Assembly: GCA_963977445.1 (NCBI GenBank)
Contig: CAXBPH010000041.1
Location: forward strand, 1 to 35,640
Direction: 5' to 3'
Source of the DNA: an uncultured bacterium
GTDB taxonomy: Bacteria; Hydrogenedentota; Hydrogenedentia; Hydrogenedentales; JAEUWI01
Length of the DNA stretch: 35,640 bases
Position numbers and translations under genes: made by a program. Below the pieces are notes generated by a model. It was not told where the DNA came from, searched no databases, and saw only the letters and a list, made by a program, of their open reading frames with translations. Shown in pieces: positions 25,341 to 35,396 of this stretch (positions are counted from its first letter, which is position 1; every line of letters begins with the position of its first letter).

Positions 25341-26291
25341 TTAGAGAATGCCCCGTTCCTGGAGGCCCTTAATACCGGAACGAACTTCTTCGGCTGACTT
25401 GTGCAGGGAGGCCTTCTCGGCGTCCGTGATGTCGAGTTCGAGAATTTTCTCGACCCCGTCTTTGCCCAGGACGCAAGGAACGCCCATGTAAATGTCGTCC
25501 AGTCCATATTGGCCGGTCAGCAGGGCTGCGCAAGGCAGGAGCTGCTTTTCATCACGAATGATGCTCTGGGCCATGCGGACGGCGCTCGCGGCGGGGGCGT
25601 AGAAGGCACTGCCGGTCTTCAGCAGGGAGACGATTTCGCCGCCGCCCTTACGGGTGCGATCAACGATGGCGTCGATACGGTCCTGGGGCAGCAGTTTCGT
25701 GATAGGAATACCGGAAACCGTGGTGTAATGGGGCAAGGGCACCATATCGTCGCCGTGGGAGCCGAGTACCATGGTGTCCACATTCTTCATGCTGACGCCC
25801 AGTTCCATGGCCACAAAGGAGCGCATGCGGGAGCTGTCGAGGCAGCCGGCCATACCGATAACCCGTTCCGGGGGGAACCCGAGCTTCTGGTAGGCCAGGT
25901 ACACCATGACATCCAGGGGATTGGTCACGATGATGACGGTGGATTCGGGGGCGTATTTCTTGATGTTTTCGCAGATTCCGGAAATGATGTTACCATTTTT
26001 TTCCAGGAGGTCAAGACGGGTCATGCCGGGCTTGCGGGGAAGACCTGCGGTGACGATAACCACGTCGGAGCCCACGATATCGGCATAGTCATTGGTGCCA
26101 ACGCACTGGCTGCTGTAGCCGCGGATGGGGCCCGCTTCCGTCAGGTCGAGGGCCTTGCCCTGGGGCAGACCTTCTACGATGTCGGTCAGGACCACATCGC
26201 CAAGTTCGAGCTCGAGGCAGTACTGGGCAGCAGAAGCGCCCACGTTTCCGGCACCGATAGATGCGATTTTGAATTTCTTTCCGACCGACAT
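25341..26291 (-). CDS. mdh: Malate dehydrogenase (LDH-like), 316 aa
   Basis: GAGNVG Rossmann motif, TAGLPRKPGMTR (Arg specificity residue of MDH), VTNPLD, LDSSR, GSHGD and GSAFYAPA. RBS AAGGAG. Confidence 0.96.
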   Translation of the reverse strand: MSVGKKFKIASIGAGNVGASAAQYCLELELGDVVLTDIVEGLPQGKALDLTEAGPIRGYSSQCVGTNDYADIVGSDVVIVTAGLPRKPGMTRLDLLEKNGNIISGICENIKKYAPESTVIIVTNPLDVMVYLAYQKLGFPPERVIGMAGCLDSSRMRSFVAMELGVSMKNVDTMVLGSHGDDMVPLPHYTTVSGIPITKLLPQDRIDAIVDRTRKGGGEIVSLLKTGSAFYAPAASAVRMAQSIIRDEKQLLPCAALLTGQYGLDDIYMGVPCVLGKDGVEKILELDITDAEKASLHKSAEEVRSGIKGLQERGIL

Positions 26292-26641
26292 GGCGATTCT
26301 CCTTGGTGTTGGTCACTCTTGGTCACGAGGGATGGTATGTGCCGCACGAACGCCGGGCAATAAGTATGTCCGAAGTTACAATGGCGACAGCGGGGCCCAA
26401 CGTGCATAGTTTCCGGGCCCGCCGGGCACAATGGCCCGCACGGCTCTCAACCAAGCATTGTACAACAATCGGATGGGGAAATACATGACGTTGCGCACCT
26501 CGTTGAGGGGAATCGTACCGACTTTGGTATCTTGCAGCCTGATAGCCGACTTCTGTTCGCCCATTATGGGGAGCTCCCAGTGGCATGCTCCATAGTCCGC
26601 AAAGCGGATGGAAGAGGGGCTTCGACTAACTGGACCCTGTC

Positions 26642-28081
26642 TCAAAAGACAAAATAGATGAATTCCTGCTGCCGAAAGACGCCGCCCAGGAATATGAGCC
26701 AGAACCACACCGAATAGACGGCCCAGCGGAACACGACCGGCTGAGACCGGAACCATGGCTGTAAGGGGCGACGGGTGTGGGCGTACTGGATGCTCTCCAG
26801 GATCAGTATGGCGATAAGTGCAAACAGGATCTCCGAGAGGGCCAGTCCCAGGTGCTCGCGTGAGGCGATCCAATAGTCCGCAGAAAAAACGACGCCCCAG
26901 TCCGTCGTGAGACGGCTCAAGATAGTCATGCCATGGGTTACATCATCGGCGCAGAAGAAAATCCACGCCAGATTGCACAGGGCAAAGGTACACAGCAGTT
27001 TCAGCCCCCCCGGCACGGAGCGGGTCCATGGGCCGTAGTGCCGCAGTGCCCGTTCCAACAGGAGGTAGGTGCCGTGGAGTAGTCCCCAAACCAGGAATTT
27101 CCAGTGGGCTCCATGCCAGAGTCCGCTTACGGCAAATACGATGATGATATTCATGGCCCACCGTGCCGTCGTTGTGCGATTGCCCCCGAGGGGGATGTAG
27201 ACGTAGTCCCGAAACCAGGTCGACAACGTAATATGCCAGCGTTGCCAGAACTCGGTGATGGAGCGGGCGGCGTAGGGCCGGTTGAAGTTGAGGGAGAGAC
27301 GAATCCCCAGGACGCGGGCGGCCCCGATGGCGATATCGCTATACCCGGAGAAATCGCAGTAAATCTGGTAGGCAAAACATACGGTAGCCAGCGTCAGGGC
27401 CGCACCACTCTGATTGGCAGCATCGCCGTAAACGTGGGCCACAACCTGGGCAAGGCGATCGGCGATGACCATCTTCTTGAAGAAGCCCCAGCCCATAAGG
27501 CGCAGGCCATCGGTCACATTGGTGTAGGAAAAGGAATAGGTGCGCCCGAGCTGAGGCAGGAGGGTCCGTGCCCGCTCAATGGGACCTGCCACGAGCTGGG
27601 GAAAGAAGCAGACATAGAGGGCGAAGCGACCGAGATGACGTTCCGGTGGTATATCGCCGCGATAAACGTCAATGGTGTAGGCCAGGGTCTGGAAGGTGTA
27701 AAAGGAGATGCCCAGGGGCAGGAGAAATTCAGAATAGGGCAAGTCAATAGACCACCCCCAATCGCGGGTCACCTCGCCCAGGCTATCGCGAAAGAAATTG
27801 TAGTACTTGAAGAAAAAGAGCAGGCCCAGATTGGTCACGAGACTGAGGGCCAGCCAGCGTTGTTTGGCGGATTTCTTGTCGCATCGAGAGATCTTCAGGG
27901 CAACGAGGAAGTCCACCAGGGTGGAAAACCAGATTAAGACCACATAGCCCGGCTCCCATGCCATATAGAACCCATAGCTGGCGATCAGGAGCAACGCCCA
28001 CTGCCACTTTTTCGGGACGAGGTAGTACAGGCCGACCACCACGGGGAAAAAGAGGCAAAATGGCATGGAGTTGAAGAGCAT
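26642..28081 (-). CDS. MBOAT O-acyltransferase (AlgI/PatA/DltB-like), 479 aa
   Basis: MLFNS start, LPLGISFYTFQ, FFPQLVAGPIER, YCDFSGYSD, FWQRWHITLSTWFRDYVYIPLGG and GLWHGA. Confidence 0.95.
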   Translation of the reverse strand: MLFNSMPFCLFFPVVVGLYYLVPKKWQWALLLIASYGFYMAWEPGYVVLIWFSTLVDFLVALKISRCDKKSAKQRWLALSLVTNLGLLFFFKYYNFFRDSLGEVTRDWGWSIDLPYSEFLLPLGISFYTFQTLAYTIDVYRGDIPPERHLGRFALYVCFFPQLVAGPIERARTLLPQLGRTYSFSYTNVTDGLRLMGWGFFKKMVIADRLAQVVAHVYGDAANQSGAALTLATVCFAYQIYCDFSGYSDIAIGAARVLGIRLSLNFNRPYAARSITEFWQRWHITLSTWFRDYVYIPLGGNRTTTARWAMNIIIVFAVSGLWHGAHWKFLVWGLLHGTYLLLERALRHYGPWTRSVPGGLKLLCTFALCNLAWIFFCADDVTHGMTILSRLTTDWGVVFSADYWIASREHLGLALSEILFALIAILILESIQYAHTRRPLQPWFRSQPVVFRWAVYSVWFWLIFLGGVFRQQEFIYFVF

Positions 28082-28084
28082 GGT

Positions 28085-30412
28085 CTAGGCGGCATCCTTT
28101 CGGAGCGCCCGCCGCTGTTCCAGTCGGAGACCCACGTAGCACGACAGAATCAGATAGGCCAGCGCCGCGATAAGTGCCACGGCCGTCACGATGAGGCCCT
28201 GGGTCATTTCTTCGGGCCAGAAAGAAAATACGACGTTGTGGGTGCCCGTCGGAACGACACAGCCCATGAAATCGCCGTAGGCCCGGATCACCGTGCCGGG
28301 GCTGTCGTCGATGTGGACACGCCAGCCGGGATGAAAGTTTTCTGAGAGTACGAGGAGTTGGGCTCCAGGTGTCTTGCACTGTACGTCTACATAGCCCGGC
28401 GTGTCTTTCCGCACATTCACCGTGCCCGGCGCGGTATCGTCCAGGGTGACCGTCTCCATCACCTGGGCCGTTCGGGCCATGTCGATATCACCGAGGGCGG
28501 CCATGGGATCATCGTTAACAATGGCATCACTCACCAACCGTAAGCGAGGCATGGGATCATCGAGTTCGATCCAATCGATGCCCGCTGCCCGTGCTTCGTG
28601 AAGTTGTGTTGAAGTGCCCGGGCGTGTTTCGCGCCACTGCACCCCGGCGAGCTGCATGGGCAGGGGCTGGGCGTAGTCGAGATAGGTCTCTGGAAAGAGA
28701 TTGAGATAGCCCGTCACATTTCGGTAGCCGTGGAGGGCAACCTGATTCATGGTGTAGGGCACAATGTCCGGCTCAATACGATTGGTATTGTCCCCCGGCG
28801 GCAGGGGGATGGCCGCCATCAGGTCGGGAAGGCGTTGGGCAGGTTTATGCCGCAGGCTGTACAAACCGATATCCCCGAGCGTGAACAGGACCAGCGCCAG
28901 GAGGGCCCCCTGTTTTCCCCGTCCGGAGGCCACGACCAGGCCGGTGGCCATACACACCAACAAGGTACCCAGCGCCACGGCCGAGCTGCGCATGACGGCG
29001 TGGTCGAAGGTCGCCAGGGCCTCTCCCTCGTGCATCAGGCGGTAGACCACCACGTAAATCAACACCGCTACGCTGGTAAGGGGCACGAAGGCCAACGGAG
29101 CGAGGCGCTTCCAGGAAAGGGTCATCTCCCGCGTTGCACACCGAAGCAGCACGGAAAAGGAGAGGGCCCCAATCACGGCCAGGCCGACGTGGAACACCGC
29201 GACATAACGGGCAGGCGCACGGAAAAAATTAACCACGGGAATGCGGGTCAGGCCGTGGTAGATAAAGCCATATTTTCCCAGAACCGCCAGAACACCAAAA
29301 AGTGCCAGGGCCAGTGCGGCCAGCGCCAGACTCTTACTCCGTTTCATCGAAAAGGCCTGCGTCACCATCAACAGGAGCAGGGGGACGAGGGCCGCGCCGA
29401 AATAGAGGGCGTCCCAGGGCTCGTCCCCGGCGAGTGGGGTATACACCCGGCCATGGAAGAGATAGGGACTCACCATCTGAGCCAGATTCCAGGGATGAAG
29501 AGAGATTCCCAACTGATAGTCGAGTCCCGGGTCCTGGCGCAACGAATGTTGGTAGGCGACGAGGGTGGGGAGGAGCTGGGCCGCGCCGATGGCCAGGGCC
29601 AACGCTTTCGCCACCCCAAGATGCAGTAAACGTCCCACATGGCGTGTTAAGCCGAGGAGAAACAGGGCGTAGAGCATTTCGACCAACCAGGAGAAATAGG
29701 TGACCTGGGGGTTGCCGATAAAAAGTTGAGATGCCGACAGGAGAATACAAGCCGCGAGGGCCACTGTGCACAATCCGGGCCGTCTCGCGCGCATGACCAC
29801 GTCGATGGCGAGGAGGGCCCAAGGCAGGTGGGCCATGACGGCTACAAAACTGATGTGGACGTAGTGGTTCATGCTGCACCCGATGAAGGTCATCAGGAGG
29901 GCGCCAAACAGACTTGCGGAATGGCCGAGCTTCCAGCGGCGCAGGAACAGGTAGGTGCCCGACCACATGATGGGATAGCTCAGGAGCAGTTCCAGCATGA
30001 AGGCTCGGTCAAGGGGGAAAGTTCGATAGAGAAAATAGTGGAGGGGGTGGAGAAAGCCGCCGTGCCCTTCGCCATGAATATAGAAGCCATTGGCCAGATG
30101 GGGCATCCAGAGGAAGTTATAGCCTTGGCTCAGGCACTTGGCGTAGAAATCGCGAACGGGTAAATACAGGGCCGCGAGATCGTCTTCGATGTAGATTCTA
30201 CCTTGCAGCAAGGGCCAGGCAAGTATCGCGAAAAGGCCGAGTGTGCCCACCAGCAACAGGCTAACAAGCACCGGCTCCAGCCGAGATGGCTTGGGTGCTT
30301 CCGGTGTGTTGGTGGCCTCCGGCGCGTCGGGGGTGGGTTCGGGGTGGTCTTCGATCATCTCAGTCATGGTAAGAATAGAATCTTTATCTTTGCGGGTCCA
30401 GCAGGTGAGCAT
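28085..30412 (-). CDS. YfhO-like multi-TM membrane protein (probable GT-C glycosyltransferase), ~760-775 aa; alternative start at 30367
   Basis: DD...YLP, LWMPHLANG, HPL, AAQLLPT, FRAPARY and the C-terminal LLVLSENFHPGW...VPTGTHNVVFSF; many TM segments. Confidence 0.82.
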   Translation of the reverse strand: MLTCWTRKDKDSILTMTEMIEDHPEPTPDAPEATNTPEAPKPSRLEPVLVSLLLVGTLGLFAILAWPLLQGRIYIEDDLAALYLPVRDFYAKCLSQGYNFLWMPHLANGFYIHGEGHGGFLHPLHYFLYRTFPLDRAFMLELLLSYPIMWSGTYLFLRRWKLGHSASLFGALLMTFIGCSMNHYVHISFVAVMAHLPWALLAIDVVMRARRPGLCTVALAACILLSASQLFIGNPQVTYFSWLVEMLYALFLLGLTRHVGRLLHLGVAKALALAIGAAQLLPTLVAYQHSLRQDPGLDYQLGISLHPWNLAQMVSPYLFHGRVYTPLAGDEPWDALYFGAALVPLLLLMVTQAFSMKRSKSLALAALALALFGVLAVLGKYGFIYHGLTRIPVVNFFRAPARYVAVFHVGLAVIGALSFSVLLRCATREMTLSWKRLAPLAFVPLTSVAVLIYVVVYRLMHEGEALATFDHAVMRSSAVALGTLLVCMATGLVVASGRGKQGALLALVLFTLGDIGLYSLRHKPAQRLPDLMAAIPLPPGDNTNRIEPDIVPYTMNQVALHGYRNVTGYLNLFPETYLDYAQPLPMQLAGVQWRETRPGTSTQLHEARAAGIDWIELDDPMPRLRLVSDAIVNDDPMAALGDIDMARTAQVMETVTLDDTAPGTVNVRKDTPGYVDVQCKTPGAQLLVLSENFHPGWRVHIDDSPGTVIRAYGDFMGCVVPTGTHNVVFSFWPEEMTQGLIVTAVALIAALAYLILSCYVGLRLEQRRALRKDAA

Positions 30413-30536
30413 GGACTACATTTTGCGGATTTCGGGGAACAATGCGTTGGTGGCTACAATTTAGCATGAACACCACGGTAGACCCTACCGCGGGTAAATG
30501 GGCACGCCGCAGACCGCACCGCGCCCACGCCGATTA

Positions 30537-31685
30537 CTATCGCATCACAAGACGCCGCAGGCGGTGTATCACGTGATCCTGTTGTTCGTCGGTCAATCCG
30601 GGAAAGAGGGGCAACAGGATGGAATGGTCCTGAGCGGCTTCGGAGTGGGGCAGGGGGAAACGAATTTCCTGTCCCGCCATCGCGGGTTCGCGGTGGGCGT
30701 TCATGATGCCGGTCTTTGTGGCAATGCCCGCATCCAGCATGCCCTGCATCAATTTCCGCTGATCGATGCTTACATCAAGGCCGATGGCGTAGCTTTGCCA
30801 ATTACTCCGCGCCCAATCGGGCTCGTGGGGGGGATTCACACCGGAAATTTCGGCCAGACCATGGGCATAGCGATCGGCGAGCCGTCGACGTTCCGCAACC
30901 AGCGTGGCCAGCCGTCCCAATTGCACCCGGCCCATAGCCGCCTGCAAATCGGTCATGCGGTAGTTGTAGCCGAGGGCGGTGTAGGCCTCCACGACGACCT
31001 GGCGTGCACCATGGCGCGCGGTGTCGGGAATACTCATCCCATGTTGGCGCAGCAAGCGAAACCGCTTGTCCCAATCGGGGTTGGCCGTTGTCAGCATGCC
31101 GCCGTCGCCGGTGGTGATGACTTTGCGGGGATGAAAGGAAAAACAGCAGATGTCGCCGTGGGGCTTTCCGATGGGTTCCCACTGCCCGGCATAGTTAATC
31201 TCGCTGCCACTGGCACAGGCACCGTCCTCGATGAGAGGCAATCCGTGTTTTTTGGCCAAGGGCACGAGGGTGTTCAGGTCACAGGGCATACCCATCTGGT
31301 GGACAACGAGTATGGCCCGCGTCTTGTCCGTCACGGCTGCAGCCACCAGAGACGGGTCGATGTTGAAGGTTTTCGGATCGATGTCGACCAAAACGGGCGT
31401 CGCCCCGCAATAACGGATGGCGTTGACCGTGGCAATGTAACTATGGGAAACGGTGATGACTTCGTCACCCGCTTGGACGCCAAGCACCAGCAGGGCCAGG
31501 TGGAGGGCGGCCGTACAGTTGGCGACGGCGCAGGCATGGGGTGCCCCCGTAACGTTGGCGAACTCCTTTTCGAAGGCGGCCACTTCCGGGCCCTGGGTGA
31601 CCCAGCCCGATGCGATGGGCGCCTCCATGGCCCGCATTTCTTCCGGCCCCATGACGGGTTTGGCGATGGGGATGAACTCACCCAT
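30537..31685 (-). CDS. DegT/DnrJ/EryC1/StrS PLP-dependent sugar aminotransferase, ~382 aa
   Basis: SGWVTQGPEV, NCTAALHLAL, IEDGACA, FSFHPRKVITTGDGG and GYNYRMTD. The ATG at 31685 overlaps the upstream stop (ATGGGTGA). Confidence 0.94.
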   Translation of the reverse strand: MGEFIPIAKPVMGPEEMRAMEAPIASGWVTQGPEVAAFEKEFANVTGAPHACAVANCTAALHLALLVLGVQAGDEVITVSHSYIATVNAIRYCGATPVLVDIDPKTFNIDPSLVAAAVTDKTRAILVVHQMGMPCDLNTLVPLAKKHGLPLIEDGACASGSEINYAGQWEPIGKPHGDICCFSFHPRKVITTGDGGMLTTANPDWDKRFRLLRQHGMSIPDTARHGARQVVVEAYTALGYNYRMTDLQAAMGRVQLGRLATLVAERRRLADRYAHGLAEISGVNPPHEPDWARSNWQSYAIGLDVSIDQRKLMQGMLDAGIATKTGIMNAHREPAMAGQEIRFPLPHSEAAQDHSILLPLFPGLTDEQQDHVIHRLRRLVMR

Positions 31686-32655
31686 CGAAACGGGTTTCCG
31701 CACACTCGGACATCCACCACGCCACCAGTCGGCGGAGCCCTTCATTAAGATCGACGGCGGGTTCCCAGCCCAATACCGACTGGGCCTGCCGGATATCGGC
31801 CAAACGTCGTGATACGGGGTTGACGGCCCGCTCGGGTCCATATTCAATGGGAATTGTTGCGCCCATCACCTGCAGGAGGGCCTCGGCGAGGTCTTTCAGA
31901 CTTATTTCCTCACTCCGGCCGATGTTGAATACCTGGTCGGTCGCCTCGGACTTTGCCGCCAGCACATTGGCCCGGGCAATATCGTCTACGAAAACAAAAT
32001 CCATGGTTTGGGCGCCATCACCAAAAATGATGGGAGATTGTCCGTTGTGGATGCGCTCAATCCAGCGAATGAGCACCTCGGTGAAAACGCCATGGGTATC
32101 CATGCGGGGACCGTAGACGTTGAAGTACCGCAACGCGACGTAGTCGAGGCCATACATATCGTTGAAACTGCGGAGGAGCCCCTCGTTCCATGTCTTCAGG
32201 GCCCCATAGATGGTGCGGTTGTCGTAGGGGTGGTGGTCTTCTTTCGTGGGGAAGGATTCGGCGAGGCCATAGACCGAGGCGGATGAAGAAGCCACCACTT
32301 TTCTTACCCCGACGTCTACAGCGGCCTCCAGAACATTGAAGGTGCCATTGCCGAGGACTTCCATGGCGAGGCGAGGTTCCTGGGCGCATTGGGTGATGCG
32401 GATGGCGGCCAGATGAAAGACCAGGTCCACGTCCGTCATGGCATGTTGCACAACGGTCCCATCCCGGACATCCCCTTCAATGACGGTAATGGGGCCTCGT
32501 TCCCGTGCGGCGGCAATGTTGGCTTCACAGCCCCGGCTGAAATTGTCGAGGATTACGATTTCACGTTGGGCAAAATCGGGGTCCGCCTGGAGTTGGTCAA
32601 TGATGTGGGAGCCAATTAATCCGGCACCACCGGTAAGGAGAATTTTTTGTGTCAT
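31678..32655 (-). CDS. NAD-dependent nucleotide-sugar epimerase/dehydratase, 325 aa
   Basis: TGGAGLIG, HLAA, SSSASVYG, YGALK and LRYFNVYGPR. Confidence 0.94.
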   Translation of the reverse strand: MTQKILLTGGAGLIGSHIIDQLQADPDFAQREIVILDNFSRGCEANIAAARERGPITVIEGDVRDGTVVQHAMTDVDLVFHLAAIRITQCAQEPRLAMEVLGNGTFNVLEAAVDVGVRKVVASSSASVYGLAESFPTKEDHHPYDNRTIYGALKTWNEGLLRSFNDMYGLDYVALRYFNVYGPRMDTHGVFTEVLIRWIERIHNGQSPIIFGDGAQTMDFVFVDDIARANVLAAKSEATDQVFNIGRSEEISLKDLAEALLQVMGATIPIEYGPERAVNPVSRRLADIRQAQSVLGWEPAVDLNEGLRRLVAWWMSECAETRFDG

Positions 32656-32747
32656 GGTAACGTTTCAGACCTGTGAGGGGTTGGGTTCAGTCCGTTGGTA
32701 TGCCGGACGGTGAGTCGTTGCATATCGCACAAATTATCTGGTGGTCG

Positions 32748-33716
32748 TTATAGCTGCGCCGCTTTTTTATCGTGGTCGTTGACCGTGCCGGATTCCACGA
32801 AGTATTTTGGTCGTTGGCGGGATTCTTCCAGGGTGCGCCAGAGGTATTCACCCAGGACACCGAGCATGGTCATCTGAAATCCACCCATCAGCAGCACCAC
32901 GACCATAAGGGAGGACCAGCCATCGACCGGACCCCCGATAAGTATTTTGTTCAGCACTACCACCACGGCATAGAGCAAGCCCACCACGCTGGCCGCCATG
33001 CCGAGATAGGACATGAGGCGTATGGGCACGAAAGAGAATCCCGTAAAGGCATCGGCCACCAGTTGGAGCTTGCGGCTGAGATTCCATTTCGTTTCGCCAG
33101 CAGACCGCTCCGCTTTTGTATAGGAAATCTTGTCCTGCGAAAATCCCAATCGCGCAATCTCCCCCATGAGATAGGGGGAGGCGCTCATGCTCTGGCGCAG
33201 CGCCAGAACGACCTGATTGTCCACCAGGGCAAAGTCGGAACCTTTCGGCGGTACGGTAATCGTGGAGAAACGATTCATCAGGCCGTAAAACACGTTGGCA
33301 AAGAGCATTTCCGAGGCGGGGACGCCCTCCCGTTTTTCCCGGACTGCCCAGACCACCTGGTGGCCTGCTTTCCACTTCTCGACCATTTCTCCGATGAGTT
33401 CGGGGGGATCCTGCAAGTCGGCGGCGAGGAATACGGCGCAGTCGGACTGGTTATATTCGAGGCCAGCAAAGATAGCGATATGGCTGCCACTGTTCGAGGC
33501 GAGGCGCAGATAACGCCAGTCGGCGTGGTGCTCGCAGGCTTCCTTCAGCAGGGCGGGGGTGGCGTCGGCGGAATGGTCATCGACGAAAAGTACCTGGGCC
33601 GTAAAGCCCGTCACCTCCGCGAGCCAGCCTTCCAGTCGCTCAAAGAGGGCGTGAAGACAAGCCTCCTCGTTGTATACGGGGATGACAATGGTGACCTCGG
33701 GTTTTTCGGACGACAC
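32748..33716 (-). CDS. GT2 polyprenyl-phosphate glycosyltransferase (GtrB/ArnC/DPM1-like), ~322 aa
   Basis: VIPVYNEE, VDDHSAD, ADLQDPPELI, two C-terminal TM helices and LGVLGEYLWR...RPKY. GTG start at 33716 with GGAG RBS. Confidence 0.92.
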   Translation of the reverse strand: MSSEKPEVTIVIPVYNEEACLHALFERLEGWLAEVTGFTAQVLFVDDHSADATPALLKEACEHHADWRYLRLASNSGSHIAIFAGLEYNQSDCAVFLAADLQDPPELIGEMVEKWKAGHQVVWAVREKREGVPASEMLFANVFYGLMNRFSTITVPPKGSDFALVDNQVVLALRQSMSASPYLMGEIARLGFSQDKISYTKAERSAGETKWNLSRKLQLVADAFTGFSFVPIRLMSYLGMAASVVGLLYAVVVVLNKILIGGPVDGWSSLMVVVLLMGGFQMTMLGVLGEYLWRTLEESRQRPKYFVESGTVNDHDKKAAQL

Positions 33717-33795
33717 GTTGAAACTCTCCGATTCAGAGTACCTGCGATGACGCAGCGTAAACGTTGCGCGCGCTACGGTAAAACCGAGGCACACT

Positions 33796-34908
33796 CTAGC
33801 ACATGGCCGAAAGGCTTTTCCCTACCTGGTTGGCAATGTAATCAATGTCACTCGGCGTCAGGCCGGGATATAGCGGCAGGGACAAAAGTCGGGTGGCCAT
33901 GGCTTCCGTATGGGGCAAATCACCGGGTGAATAGCCCAGGTGTTTATAGGCGGGTTGGAGGTGGAGAGGTACCGGATAGTGCATGCCGGTGCCGACGCCG
34001 GCGCGGTTCAAGGCCTTGGCCAGTGCGTCACGGTCTTCACACTGGATGACGTAAAGATGCCACCCATGGGTTGCCCATTCGGCGGTGCTGGGGAGTACCA
34101 GTCCGGGAATCGGTTTCAGGGCCGACTCGTACCACGCGGCGATCTCTGTGCGGGCCCGTTGCCACGTCGCCAAGTGGCTTAACTTCACTTCGAGGGCCGC
34201 CGCCTGGAGGGCGTCGCAGCGGCCGTTATAGCCTTCGAGCTGGTGCTCATATTTTTTTGATTGTCCGTGGTCCCGGTACATGCGAATTTTCTTGTCCAGG
34301 GCGGTCTGGTTGGTGCCTACGCCCCCGGCTTCGCCACAGGCGCCCAGATTCTTTCCCGGATAAAAGGAATAAGCGGCGGCCGCCCCGAAGGAGCCCGTGT
34401 TCTTGCCGCGATAGCGGGTTCCATGGGCCTGAGCCGCATCTTCCACCAACCACAGTCCGTGTTTCGATGCGAGGTGCAGGAGAGGATCCAGGTCGGCGGG
34501 GTGGCCGTAAAGATGTACGGGAAGTATGCCCCGAGTCTGGGGTGTGATGGCTGCCGCTACGGCGTCTGGGTCCATGGTGTAGGTGACGGGGTCCATATCG
34601 ACAAAGACCGGGGTTGCCCCACACTGGCTGATGGCCTCGGTCGTGGCGATGAAGGTGTTGGCCACCGTAATGACCTCGTCTCCTGGACCCAGATCGAGGG
34701 CGAGCAGGGCAAAGCGAAGGGCATCGGTGCCGGAGTTTACGAGGGAAAAATGTCGGGTGCCGAAGGTCTTGGCCATGGCGCGTTCACAGGAGGACAGGGC
34801 ATCGCCCCCTACGAATTGTCCCGTGTCGATGATCTGCTCCCAACGGGCGAGGAGATCCTGCTTGAGGGCACGGTTGGCATAGGCCACGTCGAGAAAGGGT
34901 ATTTTCAT
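33796..34908 (-). CDS. DegT/DnrJ-family sugar aminotransferase (WbpE/FdtB-like), ~370 aa
   Basis: MKIPFLD start (ATGA overlap), NSGTDAL, EDAAQAHG, SFYPGKNLGACGEAG, GYNGRCDALQA and HYPVPLH. Confidence 0.94.
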   Translation of the reverse strand: MKIPFLDVAYANRALKQDLLARWEQIIDTGQFVGGDALSSCERAMAKTFGTRHFSLVNSGTDALRFALLALDLGPGDEVITVANTFIATTEAISQCGATPVFVDMDPVTYTMDPDAVAAAITPQTRGILPVHLYGHPADLDPLLHLASKHGLWLVEDAAQAHGTRYRGKNTGSFGAAAAYSFYPGKNLGACGEAGGVGTNQTALDKKIRMYRDHGQSKKYEHQLEGYNGRCDALQAAALEVKLSHLATWQRARTEIAAWYESALKPIPGLVLPSTAEWATHGWHLYVIQCEDRDALAKALNRAGVGTGMHYPVPLHLQPAYKHLGYSPGDLPHTEAMATRLLSLPLYPGLTPSDIDYIANQVGKSLSAMC

Positions 34909-35396
34909 AGGGCGTCTGCCTTTTTCAGGTAGCGAGCGGGGTTGCCGCACCAGACTTCGCCCGGGGGCACATCCTGGGTAACCACACTGCCCGCACCGAT
35001 GAAGGCACCTGCGCCAATGGAGATAGCACACAAGATGGTGCTGCCCGAACCGATAGAGGCTCCCGGACCCACGTGGGTGGGGGATACCGACCAATCGGCT
35101 TCGGTTTGCAGCGTCCCATCGGGGTTGGTGGCCCGAGGGATTTTGTCGTTGCAGAACATGACGCCATGGCCAACGAAAACGCCGTCTTCAATCGTCACGC
35201 CCTCACAAATAAAGGTATGACTCGATATTTTGCAACGCGCGCCGATAACCGCTCCTTTTTGAATCTCTACAAAAGCGCCGACTTTCGTCTCATCGCCGAT
35301 GGAGCAGCCGTAGGCGTTGATATAGGACGCCAATCGAACACCCCGTCCCATGACCACGTCGTCTGCAATTCGATTGTAGTCCGGCAGGTCATTCAC
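34905..35396 (-). CDS. Hexapeptide-repeat N-acetyltransferase (WbpD/WlbB/FdtC-like), ~163 aa
   Basis: IGARCKISSHTFICEGVTIEDGVFVGHGVMFCND, GASIGSGSTIL and IGAGSVVTQDVP...GNPAR. The GTG start overlaps the upstream stop (GTGA). Confidence 0.92.
   Translation of the reverse strand: MNDLPDYNRIADDVVMGRGVRLASYINAYGCSIGDETKVGAFVEIQKGAVIGARCKISSHTFICEGVTIEDGVFVGHGVMFCNDKIPRATNPDGTLQTEADWSVSPTHVGPGASIGSGSTILCAISIGAGAFIGAGSVVTQDVPPGEVWCGNPARYLKKADAL

Noticed and set aside
25401..34932. Long plus-strand ORFs (25401..26363, 27104..27937, 28730..29629, 30498..31748, 32772..34049, 34261..34932)
   Set aside because: Antisense shadows of conserved minus-strand genes in GC-rich DNA, with no motifs.
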